A DNA stretch of 64,000 nucleotides from an uncultured delta proteobacterium (GTDB lineage: Bacteria; Desulfobacterota; BSN033; UBA1163). Positions 1 through 11,248 of the stretch are shown piece by piece. A model generated the notes under the pieces. The model was given only the letters and a program-made list of their open reading frames with translations. It ran no database searches and had not been told where the DNA came from. The DNA is taken from NCBI GenBank assembly GCA_963827685.1, contig CAWHBU010000002.1:512001-576000 (forward strand), written 5' to 3'. Every line of letters begins with the position of its first letter. The first letter of the stretch is position 1. A program made the translations under genes and the position numbers.

Positions 1-320
1 GCGCCATGCGAGATGGCCTTGAATACTTTTTCCATTCCCACTTTAAAAACAGTAGAGGCAACAATCAGTATCGGGGTAGGGTGAGACGCCATGATCTGCT
101 TCGTCGCCTCGAGTCCATCCATGACAGGCATATCCATATCCATGGTGATGATATCCGGTTTGAGGCGAGGCACGAGATCCACTGCCTCTTTCCCATCATT
201 CGCCACCGCTGCGACGATCATCTGCGGATCGCAGTTCACGATATTGGTTAAGATCTTGCACATCAGCGGTGAATCGTCCACCACCAACACCCGTGTCAGA
301 GCCTTGACTCCCTGTTCCAT
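1..320 (-). CDS. cheB: Chemotaxis methylesterase CheB/WspF-like, N-terminal receiver part (runs off the window)
   Basis: Manual translation from ATG at 320: MEQGVKALTRVLVVDDSPLMCKIL...KPDIITMDMDMPVMDGLEATKQIMASHPTPILIV, typical CheB receiver; directly downstream of cheA. Not in the ORF track. Confidence 0.85.
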   Translation of the reverse strand, partial: MEQGVKALTRVLVVDDSPLMCKILTNIVNCDPQMIVAAVANDGKEAVDLVPRLKPDIITMDMDMPVMDGLEATKQIMASHPTPILIVASTVFKVGMEKVFKAISHG

Positions 321-321
321 A

Positions 322-2628
322 TCACCCTACTAACCGTTCAATGGTATCCAAAAGATTCGACTGCTCGAATGCGCTTTTAACAATATAAGCGGCCGCGCCG
401 ACCTCAATCCCCCGCCTTTTATCCTCTTCTTTCTGTAAGGCGGTTACCATCACAAAAGGTATGTCCTTGTACCCCTCATTATTCTTCAGGGTCCTGCAAA
501 GCTCAAATCCATTCATCCTCGGCATCTCCAGATCACTGACAATAAGGTCGTATTGGTTGTCTGCCATCCTGTCCAGTGCGTCCAAACCATCTACGGCTGT
601 ATCGACAAGGTATCCGTGGGTCTCCAGGATACTCTTCTCAAGCTCCCTGGTCGAGAAGGCGTCTTCCACGATCAGTATCTTCTTCTCTTTGCGCTTCATT
701 TTTGGAGCGCGTCTCTTTCCTGTAACCTGGGGGAGACTTAACGAGCTGTGAGCAATCAAGTCGGGAATATCCAGGACGACCACGACCTCACCGTTTGGCA
801 TGATGATGGCGCCGCTTACATTCTTCACTTTGCCTAAGTGTTTCCCCAAACTCTTTATAAATGCTTCTCCCTCTCCAACAATCTCATCCACAATGAAACC
901 GACTCGGCTGTCGAGGGAGGTCGCCATCACCACCAATATTTCTTTCTTCGCCTTTCTCTCTTCATCTCCTGGCGGCGGAAGTCCGAGCACTTCATTCAAT
1001 GTTACAAGCGGTACAATATGCTCACGGAATTGGATGGCCATTCTTCCTTCGATGGCAGAGACATCGTCCACATTTATTTTAACGCCCTCGGTAACGGAGA
1101 ACATCGGAAGGGCAAAGAGCACGTTCTGCACTTTTACCAAGAGCACTTGAATAATGGCGATCGTCAATGGCAAGACTAATGTGAATTTTGTCTCTTTATC
1201 CTTCTGAGTGTCCAAGATCACCCGACCTTTTAGATTGGTGATGTCGCGCCTTACGATATCAAGTCCCATTCCCCTTCCAGAAACATCCGTCACGATCGGA
1301 CTCGTGGAATAGCCGTTCATGAACACGACATTCAATACCTCTTTGTCCGTCATCCCTTCCAAGTCGTAACTTGATACGAGCCGTTTCCTTAGGGCAGTCT
1401 CCTTGATCTGGGCAATGTCCATGCCCCTTCCATCATCCTCCACGGTAATCACTACATTATCACCTTCATGGAAGCCGGAAACCTTGATGGTTCCCTCCCT
1501 GGGTTTACCAAGGGCAACCCTCACCTCCGGCTCTTCAATTCCATGGTCTATGCAGTTACGCAAGATATGGATGAAAGAGGTCTTTATCCCCTCCAAGACC
1601 TTCTTATCAAGTTCAGTTTCTCCTCCGGAAATCACCAAGTTGACCTCTTTCCCTTCTTGCGAGGCGATATCCCTTACCATGCGGGGAAAACCCTCAAATA
1701 TGGTGGACAAGGGTAACATTTTTATCTTTTTGATCTTAGCCTGCAATTCATCGATGACTGGGTCAAGATGGAATGCTTGCGTGGAGACATGATCATATAA
1801 GTTCAGGGTATGTTCCCTAAGCTTCTGGATCTGGGCCTCACATTGACTGAGCCACTTTGTCACTTCTCCATCACACGAAGAAAATTCCTTCTTCATCGCT
1901 TCACTTAAACTGGAGATACTTCTCTGCACCTCCTTGCTGAGCTTGGAAAGCCTTTTTGCCTGAGTGCTTACGGCAGAGGCCCTCATCTTGTTGATGACCA
2001 CCTCCCCGACCAAATAAAGAAGTTTATCCACCCTGCTCAGCGGAACACGGATGTATTCCTCCGTCTGTGCAGACAGATGAGGGGCGACTGCTTCGCTCAC
2101 GCGATCCGCGACTTTTTCCTGCGTTGTTTCTTCCTCGGGCTCCTTCTCTTGTTTGGCTTTCTGCTGGATTTCTACAGCCTCTTTTTCCCTTTTGGACCCT
2201 TTCTCTTGTTTCTTCCGCGTTCGGATGGCTTGTGCTGCAGAAATGCACTCTTCCAGCTCCCTGCAGATATCCGAGGCATCGACATCGATCTCCACATCGA
2301 TCTTCTTCTCTTGAGCTATCTTTTCTAAGATGATCCGGATGGCATCCAGTCCCTTGAATATTCTTTCAGCCATCAGGGAATTGAAAACAGCCCTCTTGCC
2401 GGCCACCTCTTCAAATATATCTTCTATCCTATGGGCGATATCCTGAATTTCATAAAATCCAAAAACCCGAGCTGCACCTTTCAGGGTATGGACTTCTCTA
2501 TTCAAACTACTGGCTAGCTCAAAGTTGTTGGGCTGCTTCTCTAACTCTACCAGTCCATTATCCAGTTTGGTCAGGTGGTCTTCGGTTTCTGCCTTGAAGA
2601 TCGCAATAAGATCTTTCATCTCAGGCAT
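322..2628 (-). CDS. cheA: Hybrid CheA histidine kinase (Hpt-dimerisation-HATPase-CheW-receiver), WspE-like
   Basis: Hpt VHTLKGAA; [12 protein letters not shown]; DDGRG; SGRGMGLD; CheW-like domain; C-terminal receiver (ILIVED...SDLEMP). Confidence 0.95.
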   Translation of the reverse strand: MPEMKDLIAIFKAETEDHLTKLDNGLVELEKQPNNFELASSLNREVHTLKGAARVFGFYEIQDIAHRIEDIFEEVAGKRAVFNSLMAERIFKGLDAIRIILEKIAQEKKIDVEIDVDASDICRELEECISAAQAIRTRKKQEKGSKREKEAVEIQQKAKQEKEPEEETTQEKVADRVSEAVAPHLSAQTEEYIRVPLSRVDKLLYLVGEVVINKMRASAVSTQAKRLSKLSKEVQRSISSLSEAMKKEFSSCDGEVTKWLSQCEAQIQKLREHTLNLYDHVSTQAFHLDPVIDELQAKIKKIKMLPLSTIFEGFPRMVRDIASQEGKEVNLVISGGETELDKKVLEGIKTSFIHILRNCIDHGIEEPEVRVALGKPREGTIKVSGFHEGDNVVITVEDDGRGMDIAQIKETALRKRLVSSYDLEGMTDKEVLNVVFMNGYSTSPIVTDVSGRGMGLDIVRRDITNLKGRVILDTQKDKETKFTLVLPLTIAIIQVLLVKVQNVLFALPMFSVTEGVKINVDDVSAIEGRMAIQFREHIVPLVTLNEVLGLPPPGDEERKAKKEILVVMATSLDSRVGFIVDEIVGEGEAFIKSLGKHLGKVKNVSGAIIMPNGEVVVVLDIPDLIAHSSLSLPQVTGKRRAPKMKRKEKKILIVEDAFSTRELEKSILETHGYLVDTAVDGLDALDRMADNQYDLIVSDLEMPRMNGFELCRTLKNNEGYKDIPFVMVTALQKEEDKRRGIEVGAAAYIVKSAFEQSNLLDTIERLVG

Positions 2629-5600
2629 GCTTCAGGTTCCTTGTTCTTTCAGCTTCCTCTGCTTCGAGCTTAAAATTTGCGATCGCGCTCTTGAGATCCT
2701 CCGATAATGTATTGAGCTGTGCCGCGGAGGCTGCCGCTTGTCTGGTTGAAGAGACGAACTGTTTGGTTACAGAATCTATTTCCCTCATGGCCTGCACCAC
2801 CTGCTCTGATGCAAACTTTTGCTGCTGTGTCGCTATGGAAATCTCCTTTGCGGATTTCGCTGTTTCCTCTATCATCTCCAACCCTTTTTTTACCCAGTTG
2901 GTTGAACCTTCAATACTCATAATGGTAGAGTTCGTCTCTCCTTGGATTTCATTTATAATCTGACGGATTTCCTCGGTCGATTCAGAGGAACGTTCGGCAA
3001 GTTTCCTTACTTCTTGGGCGACTACCGCAAACCCCCTTCCTACCTCTCCCGCTCGGGCTGCCTCAATGGCCGCGTTTAAGGCCAAGAGATTCGTCTGGTC
3101 GGCAATATCATCTATCAGTTTTGTGATATTGCCGATGGATTGGGATTTTTCACCTAAAGCGAGAATCTTCCTCGCCGTATCATTTACCTTCGTGCTTATC
3201 TCCTGCATCCCTGCCAGTGTGTCTCCTGCCAGCCTGGCCACATTTTCTGCGTTCTTAGCGATACGCGTAGCTGTGGTGTTGAGTTCTTCAATGGTGGTGG
3301 TCACCTGGCTAACTCCCGAGGACTGCTGTGCTGCGCCCGTGGCTTGCTCTTCAGAGGCAGCCCGAATTTGGGCCGAAGAGGTGCTGACCTGGAGACCGGC
3401 ATCTCGGACGTGTTTGACCATCTGCTGCAACTCTTCCTCCGCTCGCTTGAGGTCTGTGATGTCCCGTATCATCCCTCTAAACCCGGTCGGTTTGCCCGAT
3501 GCATCTTTTTTTAACGATATGGATACCTCCACGTATTTTTTGGTCCCATCTTTTCTTAGCACCTCATGATCACATCTGTTGGACTCCCCTGTTCTGTAGA
3601 CTTGATTAAAAACCTGATAGATCCTTTTCGCGGTCTCTTTATCTGTGAACTGCCGGTTATTCATGCCCAGCAATTCCTCTCTGGGGTACCCAAAGATTCG
3701 GCACATTGAATCGTTGAGGAAGGTAAAGCTGCCGGCAAGGTCTACTTCGTAAAAACCCTCTTCCATGCTCTCAAGAATGGTTCGATATTTCTCCTCACTT
3801 CTTCGCAATGCCTCCTCTGCCTGCTTCCGCTCCGCAAAAAGATGGGCATTGGTAATCGCCCCTGCAATCTCATTGCCGACTCTTTCGGCCAGCCTCACAT
3901 CCGATTCTGCATAGGCCTTTGGTTTGAGCGACTGAAGGTGAAGAATACCAATCACTTGATCCTTTGAGATCAAAGGAACCGCCATCATCGATCGAAGTCC
4001 AGTTCGAAAATGTCTCACAAAGTTGGGATGATGCAAGGCGACCTCGTTTTCGTCCTCCGGCTGGATGAGGAAACTTGATCGCTTGGTGACAATACTTTCG
4101 CTCAATGAGTCATCCAAAGGAAGAACAGCTCCTACTGGGATGTCTCCAACTTTAATTCCAAAAGAATAAGCGATGGTGATCGAGGTTCGATCGGGATTAA
4201 TGGTGTTCACCGAAGCCCGGTCAAAGGGAATGATTTTCCGAACCTCGTCAGCGAAACGTCCATAGACCTCTTCGATATTGAGGGTGGAGCTGACAATTCG
4301 GCCAATCTCGGCCACGGCTAAATTTTCTTGAGCCAGCCTCCTCGCGGTCTCCTCGCTCTTTTGTAATGCCTCCTGCGCGTGCTTTCGCTCTGTGACGTCC
4401 CGTGCAATCCCTCTGAAGCCTATCGGTTTGCCCGATGAATCTTTTACTAACGATGCAGATGTCTCAACGTGTCTTTTGGTCCCATCCTTTCTTGTAATCT
4501 CATGATCACATTCTCTACTGGGTTCCCCTGTTCGGTAGACCTGATTAAAGGATTCAAGCAGTTTCTTGGCGTTCTCCTGATCTGAATACTGCCGGTTATT
4601 CATACCCAGCAATTCCTCTTTGGAGTATCCAAAGATTCGGCCCGTTGCCTCGCTGACAAAGGTAAAGTTACCGGCAAGGTCCACTTCATAAAAGCCCTCA
4701 TCGATGTTTTCAAGAATGTTTCGATATTTCTCCTCACTTTGGCACAGTGCCTCTTCTGCCTGCTTGCGTTCGGTGACATTCCGAGAAATACCCCGGAATC
4801 CGATCGGTTTGCCTTTTGAATCCCTGATAAGAGATGCCGAAGTTTCGATAAACGTTCTAGTCCCATCTTTTCTGATAATTTCCTCATCTATTTCCTTAAC
4901 CGGTTCCCCTGTTCTGTAGACTTTATTAAAAGCTTCAAATACTTTCTTTGCGGTGTCTTTATCTGTAAACTGCCGGTTGTTCATTCCGATCAATTCCTCT
5001 CTGGTATATCCGAGCTCTCGGCAGCGCGCATCATTAACGAAGGTAAAATTACCAGCAAGATCAACCTCAAAATAGCCCTCCTGCATGTTTTCAAGAATGG
5101 TTCGGTATTTCTCCTCACTTTGGCGCAGTGCCTCTTCCGTTTTCTTACGCTCGGTGATGTCCCTGATCGTCCCTCTGTAGCCAATGACATTTCCCTTAGA
5201 ATCCTTCCTCGTACTTGCCGTTAGCAAAGCATAGATTTTCCCTCCATCCTTCTTTCTCAACTCTTGCTCCACATCCTTCACATGCTCCTGTTTCGACAGT
5301 ATCTCCTGAATGCTGCTTTGGCCTTCCGGGTTGAAATAGAGTTGAGCCATCGATCCGATCCTCATAAGCTCTTCTTTGTTGGTGTAGCCTAAAAGCTCAA
5401 CGGTGGCCGCATTCACGTCGACAAATTTCCCATCCTTGCTAATGACGATGATCGACTCTTTGGAGCTATCAAACAGCGTACGATATTTTTCCTCCGATTC
5501 CCGGAGCGCCTGCTCTGCCAGTTTGCGCTGAGTGATGTCCTCACAAGTCAGTAAGTGACTCTCATCTGTCAATGAAACACGTTTAAAGAGAATTTCTTTT

Positions 5601-6871
5601 GTGGAGCCGTCTTTGCAGGTTACTGTGAAGACCCGGGAAGGGGCTTTACCCTCTTTTGCCGCAGCGGAGTCTTCTTTCCAGGAAGCCAGGATCTTCTGAC
5701 GGTACTCCGGATCAGGGTAGGCCTTCTCCAACCAATGTTCGCGCCTGGGAATGTCCTCCAGGGTATATCCAAATATCTCTGTGAACTTGGGATTGATATA
5801 CTCATACTTGCCCCCCTTGTTCATGGTGCATAACCCGATAGGGGCATGGGTAACCAGGTTTGTATATTTTTCGTCCGATTTTCCCAATGTTCTTCTCGCG
5901 AGAAAATAAATCGCGACCCAAGCTAAGCCAATGAAGACGAAAATAGTGATGAGTATCTTATCCCTCAAACTATTGATGGGGTTGAAGAGAGTTTTTGAAT
6001 CTACCAGGACGAGGGATGTCCAGGCAAAGGATTTAATGCCCTCAATTTTCTGAGCCTTTTGGAACGCCATGGACTTTCTAACGCCGCCCACTTCAATTTC
6101 ACCCGATCCTTTCACGTTCCCCCCAAAGGGCAGAGCGGAAAAGCTTATGGGCAATAATTCCTGAAGCGATTTTCCCAGAAAAGAGGGGTCGCGGTGGGCA
6201 ATGATGGTCTTCCCGTCACTTGCCAACAAGATACCCATCCTGTCTTCGCCGCCTCTTATCTGTTTACCCGTAGCGAATTCTTGAATCATTGACCAATTGA
6301 TAAACAAGGTTATGATTCCCATCGGTTTTGTTTTCTCATTTTTGACCAGTGAACTGAAGCTGACAGTGTAATCTCCTAATAAGCCAGAATATCGGAAATC
6401 CCGCACATGGACCGGTTCTCCCCCCGTCGCCCCTTGTAAATATTTTTTGTCAAACTCCTTCTGTTTTTCATCTCTGGATCTGGTCATGAGCGCGGGATGG
6501 CTGGAGGCTATTAGTTTGCCTTCACTATTGAAGAGAACCACCGCCCTGTAAAGTTTGTTATTCTCAGTTAAATTGCTGAAAAACTTGTTGGCCCTCTCCG
6601 ACTCTTCACGAGTGATCGCCTCTTTTACAATGTCAAGTTCAGCCCATTGCTGCACATCAACAGTGGAAGTGTGCATCGCCTGGCCTATCCTATCGATGGC
6701 ACCGTACGCCGCATCTTCTAAACCAGATAGGATTTGTTTTTTCAGAGCCCCCTTGCTGAAACTATAGTTTAACGTACTCATCCCGATTAGCAGCAACAGG
6801 GTAAGGATGAGGAAATAGAGAATTAACTTGTTTCTCGATTTTGAGAATGGCCCTAATTTAAGCATTTCCAA
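2621..6871 (-). CDS. Methyl-accepting chemotaxis protein: TM-dCache-TM-4xPAS-GAF-PAS-MCP signalling domain
   Basis: Two hydrophobic helices around a Cache-like region; five KY(R/T)..DIT-type PAS/PAC units; GAF ([12 protein letters not shown]); MCP tip [27 protein letters not shown]. Confidence 0.92.
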   Translation of the reverse strand: MEMLKLGPFSKSRNKLILYFLILTLLLLIGMSTLNYSFSKGALKKQILSGLEDAAYGAIDRIGQAMHTSTVDVQQWAELDIVKEAITREESERANKFFSNLTENNKLYRAVVLFNSEGKLIASSHPALMTRSRDEKQKEFDKKYLQGATGGEPVHVRDFRYSGLLGDYTVSFSSLVKNEKTKPMGIITLFINWSMIQEFATGKQIRGGEDRMGILLASDGKTIIAHRDPSFLGKSLQELLPISFSALPFGGNVKGSGEIEVGGVRKSMAFQKAQKIEGIKSFAWTSLVLVDSKTLFNPINSLRDKILITIFVFIGLAWVAIYFLARRTLGKSDEKYTNLVTHAPIGLCTMNKGGKYEYINPKFTEIFGYTLEDIPRREHWLEKAYPDPEYRQKILASWKEDSAAAKEGKAPSRVFTVTCKDGSTKEILFKRVSLTDESHLLTCEDITQRKLAEQALRESEEKYRTLFDSSKESIIVISKDGKFVDVNAATVELLGYTNKEELMRIGSMAQLYFNPEGQSSIQEILSKQEHVKDVEQELRKKDGGKIYALLTASTRKDSKGNVIGYRGTIRDITERKKTEEALRQSEEKYRTILENMQEGYFEVDLAGNFTFVNDARCRELGYTREELIGMNNRQFTDKDTAKKVFEAFNKVYRTGEPVKEIDEEIIRKDGTRTFIETSASLIRDSKGKPIGFRGISRNVTERKQAEEALCQSEEKYRNILENIDEGFYEVDLAGNFTFVSEATGRIFGYSKEELLGMNNRQYSDQENAKKLLESFNQVYRTGEPSRECDHEITRKDGTKRHVETSASLVKDSSGKPIGFRGIARDVTERKHAQEALQKSEETARRLAQENLAVAEIGRIVSSTLNIEEVYGRFADEVRKIIPFDRASVNTINPDRTSITIAYSFGIKVGDIPVGAVLPLDDSLSESIVTKRSSFLIQPEDENEVALHHPNFVRHFRTGLRSMMAVPLISKDQVIGILHLQSLKPKAYAESDVRLAERVGNEIAGAITNAHLFAERKQAEEALRRSEEKYRTILESMEEGFYEVDLAGSFTFLNDSMCRIFGYPREELLGMNNRQFTDKETAKRIYQVFNQVYRTGESNRCDHEVLRKDGTKKYVEVSISLKKDASGKPTGFRGMIRDITDLKRAEEELQQMVKHVRDAGLQVSTSSAQIRAASEEQATGAAQQSSGVSQVTTTIEELNTTATRIAKNAENVARLAGDTLAGMQEISTKVNDTARKILALGEKSQSIGNITKLIDDIADQTNLLALNAAIEAARAGEVGRGFAVVAQEVRKLAERSSESTEEIRQIINEIQGETNSTIMSIEGSTNWVKKGLEMIEETAKSAKEISIATQQQKFASEQVVQAMREIDSVTKQFVSSTRQAAASAAQLNTLSEDLKSAIANFKLEAEEAERTRNLKHA
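3450..5130. repeat. Three near-duplicated PAS-coding modules inside the MCP gene (~3450-3810, ~4390-4750, ~4770-5130)
   Basis: Recurrent DNA such as tgccggtt(a/g)ttcat..c..caattcctct and tatttctcctcactt; protein repeats EELxGMNNRQ. Confidence 0.85.
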
Positions 6872-6997
6872 CCTCCTTTCAGCTCATCATGGGAATCTAC
6901 GTGAGCTGTTTGTATCTGAAAAATTAAGATAAAAGCTACAAGGTGAGACATAGGAGTTGAAGCCGAAGGAAAGCGTGTTATCTACCCCTTTCCTCGT

Positions 6998-7540
6998 CTA
7001 CACCCCCTTTTTCAGTATCCTCTCTACGCTGATGAGAGCAATCAACTTATTGTCCACCTTGCACTGCCCCTCAATATATTTCGCTCCTTCAGCAGGCAAG
7101 GTGAGGAGTGAAGGCTCAATCTTACTTACCGGTACCTCGATCGATGCAGTCACTTCATCCACGAAAAGGCCTGTCTCTAAAATCCCGGATTCAACGGCGA
7201 TAATCCTTGCCTTCTCGGTCGACTCTTCATGAGGCAGACCAAAAATCGTCTTTAGATCTGTAATGGACAGGATGTTCCCTCTTAAGTTTACAATTCCAGC
7301 AATATATTCTGGGCTCGATGGAAGATGGGTTATCTTGCCGACTTTGATGACCTCTTTTACTCTTGCAATCTCTACCCCGTACCATTCTCGCGATAGCCTA
7401 AAAACGATGAGCTGCAGGGTTTCCTCCTTCAGCTCTTCTCTCTCGTAGAGATCTTCATGATAATGGGCCCTATCTTCTACGGTCTCCGATATTTCATCCA
7501 TTCTCTGGAATGGTAATGCTTTTTTCATCTTCTTAGGCAT
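6998..7540 (-). CDS. cheW: CheW coupling protein
   Basis: LIVFRLSREWYGVEI...GIVNLRGNILSITDL. Confidence 0.93.
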   Translation of the reverse strand: MPKKMKKALPFQRMDEISETVEDRAHYHEDLYEREELKEETLQLIVFRLSREWYGVEIARVKEVIKVGKITHLPSSPEYIAGIVNLRGNILSITDLKTIFGLPHEESTEKARIIAVESGILETGLFVDEVTASIEVPVSKIEPSLLTLPAEGAKYIEGQCKVDNKLIALISVERILKKGV

Positions 7541-7570
7541 TCCCTCAATCTCTTCAATAAGATCTGTCGT

Positions 7571-7945
7571 CTACGACTTAGGTGTTTTCAAAAATCCCGT
7601 TATCTGTTCTATGAGCTTTTTCCCCTCAAAGGGTAAACCGAGATAACCATCGGCACCTGCTTCCTTTGTGATTTGCTGTAGCTTTTCCTCGTCTTTGGCT
7701 GACATGAATACGATAGGGGTGTTTTTGGTGCTATTTTGTTTTTTCAGTATCCGACATACCTGGCCTCCATTGATCCCCGGGAGATTGTAATCCAATAAAA
7801 TAAGCTGGTATTGACACGCTTTTGTTTTCTCAATACCCTCTTCGCCCGTCTCAGCGGTCTCCACGGAAAATCCCCCTGACTCAAGTCTGAACTTCAGCAT
7901 CGCGTTTACTGAAGGGCTATCCTGAATAATTAATATTTTATCCAT
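7571..7945 (-). CDS. Single-domain response regulator (atypical receiver)
   Basis: Receiver fold with LLDYNLP phospho-Asp, but IQDS and YLGLPF in place of xED/xDD and KP. Confidence 0.85.
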   Translation of the reverse strand: MDKILIIQDSPSVNAMLKFRLESGGFSVETAETGEEGIEKTKACQYQLILLDYNLPGINGGQVCRILKKQNSTKNTPIVFMSAKDEEKLQQITKEAGADGYLGLPFEGKKLIEQITGFLKTPKS

Positions 7946-8005
7946 CGATTAACCCCTCCATTTTTTTATTAGATTGTCTCTTTTCCGCATATTTAAACGG
8001 CAACT

Positions 8006-8021
8006 TGCAAGTTTCATTCCA
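8006..8021 (-). promoter_or_regulatory. Candidate sigma-54 promoter for the chemosensory operon
   Basis: Minus strand TGGAATGAAACTTGCA fits GG-N10-GC, ~60 bp upstream of the first gene. Confidence 0.5.
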
Positions 8022-8697
8022 GGACTCTATCCCTTGATCGATGTTGACTCCATTTGTCCCCAGCGACCTGGAACTTATCCACAAATTCCTCAGTTAAACC
8101 CTATCCTTCCATAGGTTGGGGCGTCCGTTCGCATCTCAATCAGACCTATTCAAACCCGGAGGCAAGGGAAATTCTGGGAGGACAAAGAGGTCTGAAAGTG
8201 ACGAAAAGTGTCAATGAAGAGCGAATTCGTCAGTATTTTTGCCTATCTTCCTCAGGGGTTACTATACGATCCACATGGCGCCGAGGGATCTTCGGGTGAG
8301 AGGGCCTAAGCACCAGTCATGGCAGAGAAAAAGTTTCAGTTTGACCGGAAATTCCCTTGCAGGTAGTATTGAGAAACATGCTTTTTCTACCCGTATCCTG
8401 AGGTTCACTGGAAAGTTTCTAATCAATTGTGAGGCTTCTTTTCGTCCATGGGGGTAACTCATAACGACTGGCGACTTGCACGCTTGCGAAAAAGTCTGAG
8501 GCCTATGGTCTTACCGTCTGAATCACAGTAAGGTTTGAGTTAGAAATGCTTGCTTCGAGAATAGCTGCGTCTGTTTTAATGAGAGTAAGACATCGGGACA
8601 ATCTGGGTAAAAGCAGGGTTAGCCGCTTCCTCGGAAGTCAGAGTTGTGGCATTTAAGCTCCCGAAAATAGACATTGAAAAAGACAAACCCCAAAAAC

Positions 8698-8790
8698 TCC
8701 CCTCCCCAGGCGGGAGGGGAGTAAGGGGAGGGGGATAAAAAAGGTGATAATGCACCCTCACCCCAGCCCTCTCCCGTCAAGGGAGAGGGA
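8698..8790. repeat. REP-like G/C palindrome pair (ccctcaccccagccctctccc...gggagaggg family)
   Basis: Two hairpins; relatives at ~17630-17740, 29168-29303, 34580-34623, 42222-42270, 46305-46402, 61326-61364. Confidence 0.75.
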
Positions 8791-8901
8791 GAACTGGATT
8801 GAGTCAATGTCTATTTTTGCAATCTTTTTGATATTTCCTGCATTTTTGTTTAAGATTATCTTAATTCCTTTTGAGCTCTTTAACAGCGCAGGGGAGGGCT
8901 T

Positions 8902-9615
8902 ATGAAGTCTTCAAAATCTTCATTTACCTTCAAATCCTTCCAAGACTTAAGAGCTTTGCTCGAAGGCAAGCTTTCTTCTCTTCCAGAGCGACATCATTCC
9001 GATCTCATCGATCATGAGGAAAAACAGAATCCTGAATTGGAGGAAGAACTTTTTAAGAAGGCTATGGAAGGTGTGGCGCCGATCTCAAGGGACAAGTATG
9101 TAGAGAGAATTTTTCAAATCGAATTGCCCCAAAGCTCCAGAGATAAAGAGGATGCCGAAACATTGGAGAAGCTCACAGATCTCGTGAAGTATGGAAGGGG
9201 TTTTATTGTCGCTGACACGCCCGAATATATCGAAGGCACAGGGTATCAAGTCCATCCAGCCGTTGCAAAACGTCTGCACCGGGGGGATTATTCGATCCAG
9301 GCATTTGTGGATCTTCACGGTCTACTCGCAGAGGATGCAAGAGAAGTTTTTGAAAAATTCTTAAAATGGGCCGTGATGACTGGTAAGACCGGCGTTTTGA
9401 TTGTCCATGGCCGCGGTCTCTGTTCACCTTCCGAGCCTGTCCTGAAGAAAAAGGTTGTAGAATGGCTCACCCGTGGCCCTTGGCGGAAATGGGTTGCAGC
9501 TTATTGTAGCGCAAGAATCTGTGATGGCGGGGCAGGGGCGACCTATGTGTTGCTTAGGCCTCGTCCTTTTTCGAAGCGTTTGAAGATCAAGGCGGTGGGA
9601 GCAAAAAAGCGATGA
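8902..9615 (+). CDS. Smr/MutS2 C-terminal domain protein
   Basis: VDLHGL...LIVHGRGL...DGGAGATYVLL Smr motifs. Confidence 0.9.
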   Translation: MKSSKSSFTFKSFQDLRALLEGKLSSLPERHHSDLIDHEEKQNPELEEELFKKAMEGVAPISRDKYVERIFQIELPQSSRDKEDAETLEKLTDLVKYGRGFIVADTPEYIEGTGYQVHPAVAKRLHRGDYSIQAFVDLHGLLAEDAREVFEKFLKWAVMTGKTGVLIVHGRGLCSPSEPVLKKKVVEWLTRGPWRKWVAAYCSARICDGGAGATYVLLRPRPFSKRLKIKAVGAKKR

Positions 9616-9812
9616 AGTGCAGAAGTCACCCTGACCGAGAGGCAATTGGGGTCTGCCAGAAACACGATGCTGGATTCTGCCAGGAGTGTTGTGAGTGCCT
9701 CAACATTGATCATTGCTGTGAATGCATGGATCCGGTGCTTTACTGCAAGTTCAGAACTCAGTGCATCATCTGGGAGATGTCAAGAGACCGAAGGAAGAAA
9801 GAGATATTGTGA
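9612..9812 (+). CDS. Small Cys/His-rich putative zinc-binding protein
   Basis: CxxH...CxxH..FCxxCCxC...CCxC; ATGA overlap with the Smr gene. Confidence 0.7.
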   Translation: MKCRSHPDREAIGVCQKHDAGFCQECCECLNIDHCCECMDPVLYCKFRTQCIIWEMSRDRRKKEIL

Positions 9813-9949
9813 CACGAGGACGCGGTGAAGGGGAGATGGAGTGACGCGGTGAGGGAAGCCCAATATTTAAGAATGATCGGGATGGAGAAGACTTCCTTAC
9901 CCGAAGAGATCCTTGTTTAAATTGCGGTCAACAACAAGAAAGGGCTTTT

Positions 9950-10222
9950 ATGAAAGGTTTATGGATTATATTCTTAAGTGTTTTTATTGCCGAGCTTGGA
10001 GACAAAACACAACTGGCAACTTTAACGTTTTCAGTAGACCAACAAATAAACAAATAGGGAATTTTTGCAGTTTCTTCTTTGGCTTTGGTATTATCGTCGT
10101 TGATTTCCGTAGTAGTGGGTAGCCAATTGACTCATTGGATCAACCCTAAAATGTTGAAGATAATTGCCGGCTTGGGATTTATCGGAATTGGTATTTTTAC
10201 TCTAATGAGTATAAAAAATTGA
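9950..10222 (+). pseudogene. TMEM165/GDT1 (UPF0016) half-transporter interrupted by TAG at 10055-10057
   Basis: Translation MKGLWIIFLSVFIAELGDKTQLATL...NK*GIFAVSSLALV...; ELGDKT family signature. Confidence 0.8.
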
Positions 10223-10333
10223 ACACGCCGAGAACAAGGTCCGAGCTTGGGTTACTGAGTCATCAGGCATTCGTAACTTGAAGCTTAAGACGGTTACGGA
10301 ATGGACGATAGCCTTAGCTCTTTGCCGTTTACG

Positions 10334-11248
10334 TTAATAGGCTCGACAATAGGGAAGCCAGCGGTTTTCTCTCATTAAAAGGCGGGTGGTGTTGTCGCCC
10401 TGTTGGGAAGGACGTCCGTGATTGACGGGGGAGGGGATTTCCCCTTTTTGAAAAACGTCATATTCAGGATCCCATGGAAAAATGATAAGGGGTCCGCTTG
10501 TTACCTTGGTGAGGATAGGGAGGATAGGGCGGATATCCTCCTTTCTTTGAGAGTTGAACACCTCGTCAATGCTCTTGAATCTGGAAAGATCCTCAAGAGT
10601 TTTCAGGGTAGGGGGGCTCAGGATTACATCTCCTCTCAGATTCTCCTCAAGAGCTTTTTTCGGAGTGATCCATATTCCAGCCGTCGTCTCCTTCTGATCG
10701 TGACTTGCTTCCTGTCCTGAAGGATAACGTGTTAAGAAGAAGCGAGTATCGAACCGTTGGGATTGAGCTTCTGGTGTGATCCAATGAGCGTAATAATAGA
10801 GCTGGTCGAAAGCCAATAGAAGATTTTCCTTCTGTGCCATTTCGCAGATATTTGTTTTGCCCTCTTGGAGCAATTTTCGGTAATGTAAATATTTTCCCCG
10901 CTCATCCCGATCTCGCAGTTGAAAAAGATTCCCCTTCTGATCATACGCGAGAAGCACCCCTGCTTCTTCAAAGAGTTCCCGAATCGCCGCGACCCAATGT
11001 GCAAAGCTCTCCTCCGGAGAGAAAGTTCCTCCGAGAATCTTTTGTGCCCCCTCAAATGTCATTCCTTTTGAAAGGGAGCATGTTTCTAAGGATCCGTCAT
11101 CTCGGTCAACTCTCCCCCCAGGATAAACATAATTCCCCCCCATAAAACTGCTTTTCTCGTGCCGTTTGAGGAGAAATACGTCAAACCCTCCGGGTTCCTT
11201 ATTCCTTAGAAGAATGACTGTTGCTGCCTTCTTGGGAACGACCGCCAT
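10334..11248 (-). CDS. NUDIX hydrolase (NUDT19-like)
   Basis: AATVILLR, YVYPGGRVD, AAIRELFEEAGV, HWITP...RFDTRFF. Confidence 0.88.
   Translation of the reverse strand: MAVVPKKAATVILLRNKEPGGFDVFLLKRHEKSSFMGGNYVYPGGRVDRDDGSLETCSLSKGMTFEGAQKILGGTFSPEESFAHWVAAIRELFEEAGVLLAYDQKGNLFQLRDRDERGKYLHYRKLLQEGKTNICEMAQKENLLLAFDQLYYYAHWITPEAQSQRFDTRFFLTRYPSGQEASHDQKETTAGIWITPKKALEENLRGDVILSPPTLKTLEDLSRFKSIDEVFNSQRKEDIRPILPILTKVTSGPLIIFPWDPEYDVFQKGEIPSPVNHGRPSQQGDNTTRLLMRENRWLPYCRAY

Noticed and set aside
8075-8083. Perfect DnaA box TTATCCACA (another, reversed, at 32079-32087)
   Set aside because: Isolated boxes with no cluster, unwinding element or dnaA context; not an origin.
8270-8520. agggcctaag...atggcag resembling part of a c-di-GMP-I riboswitch near the chemosensory operon
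   Set aside because: The GGCAAA/GAAA P2 elements are missing and the orientation is opposite to the operon; an Rfam scan would be needed.
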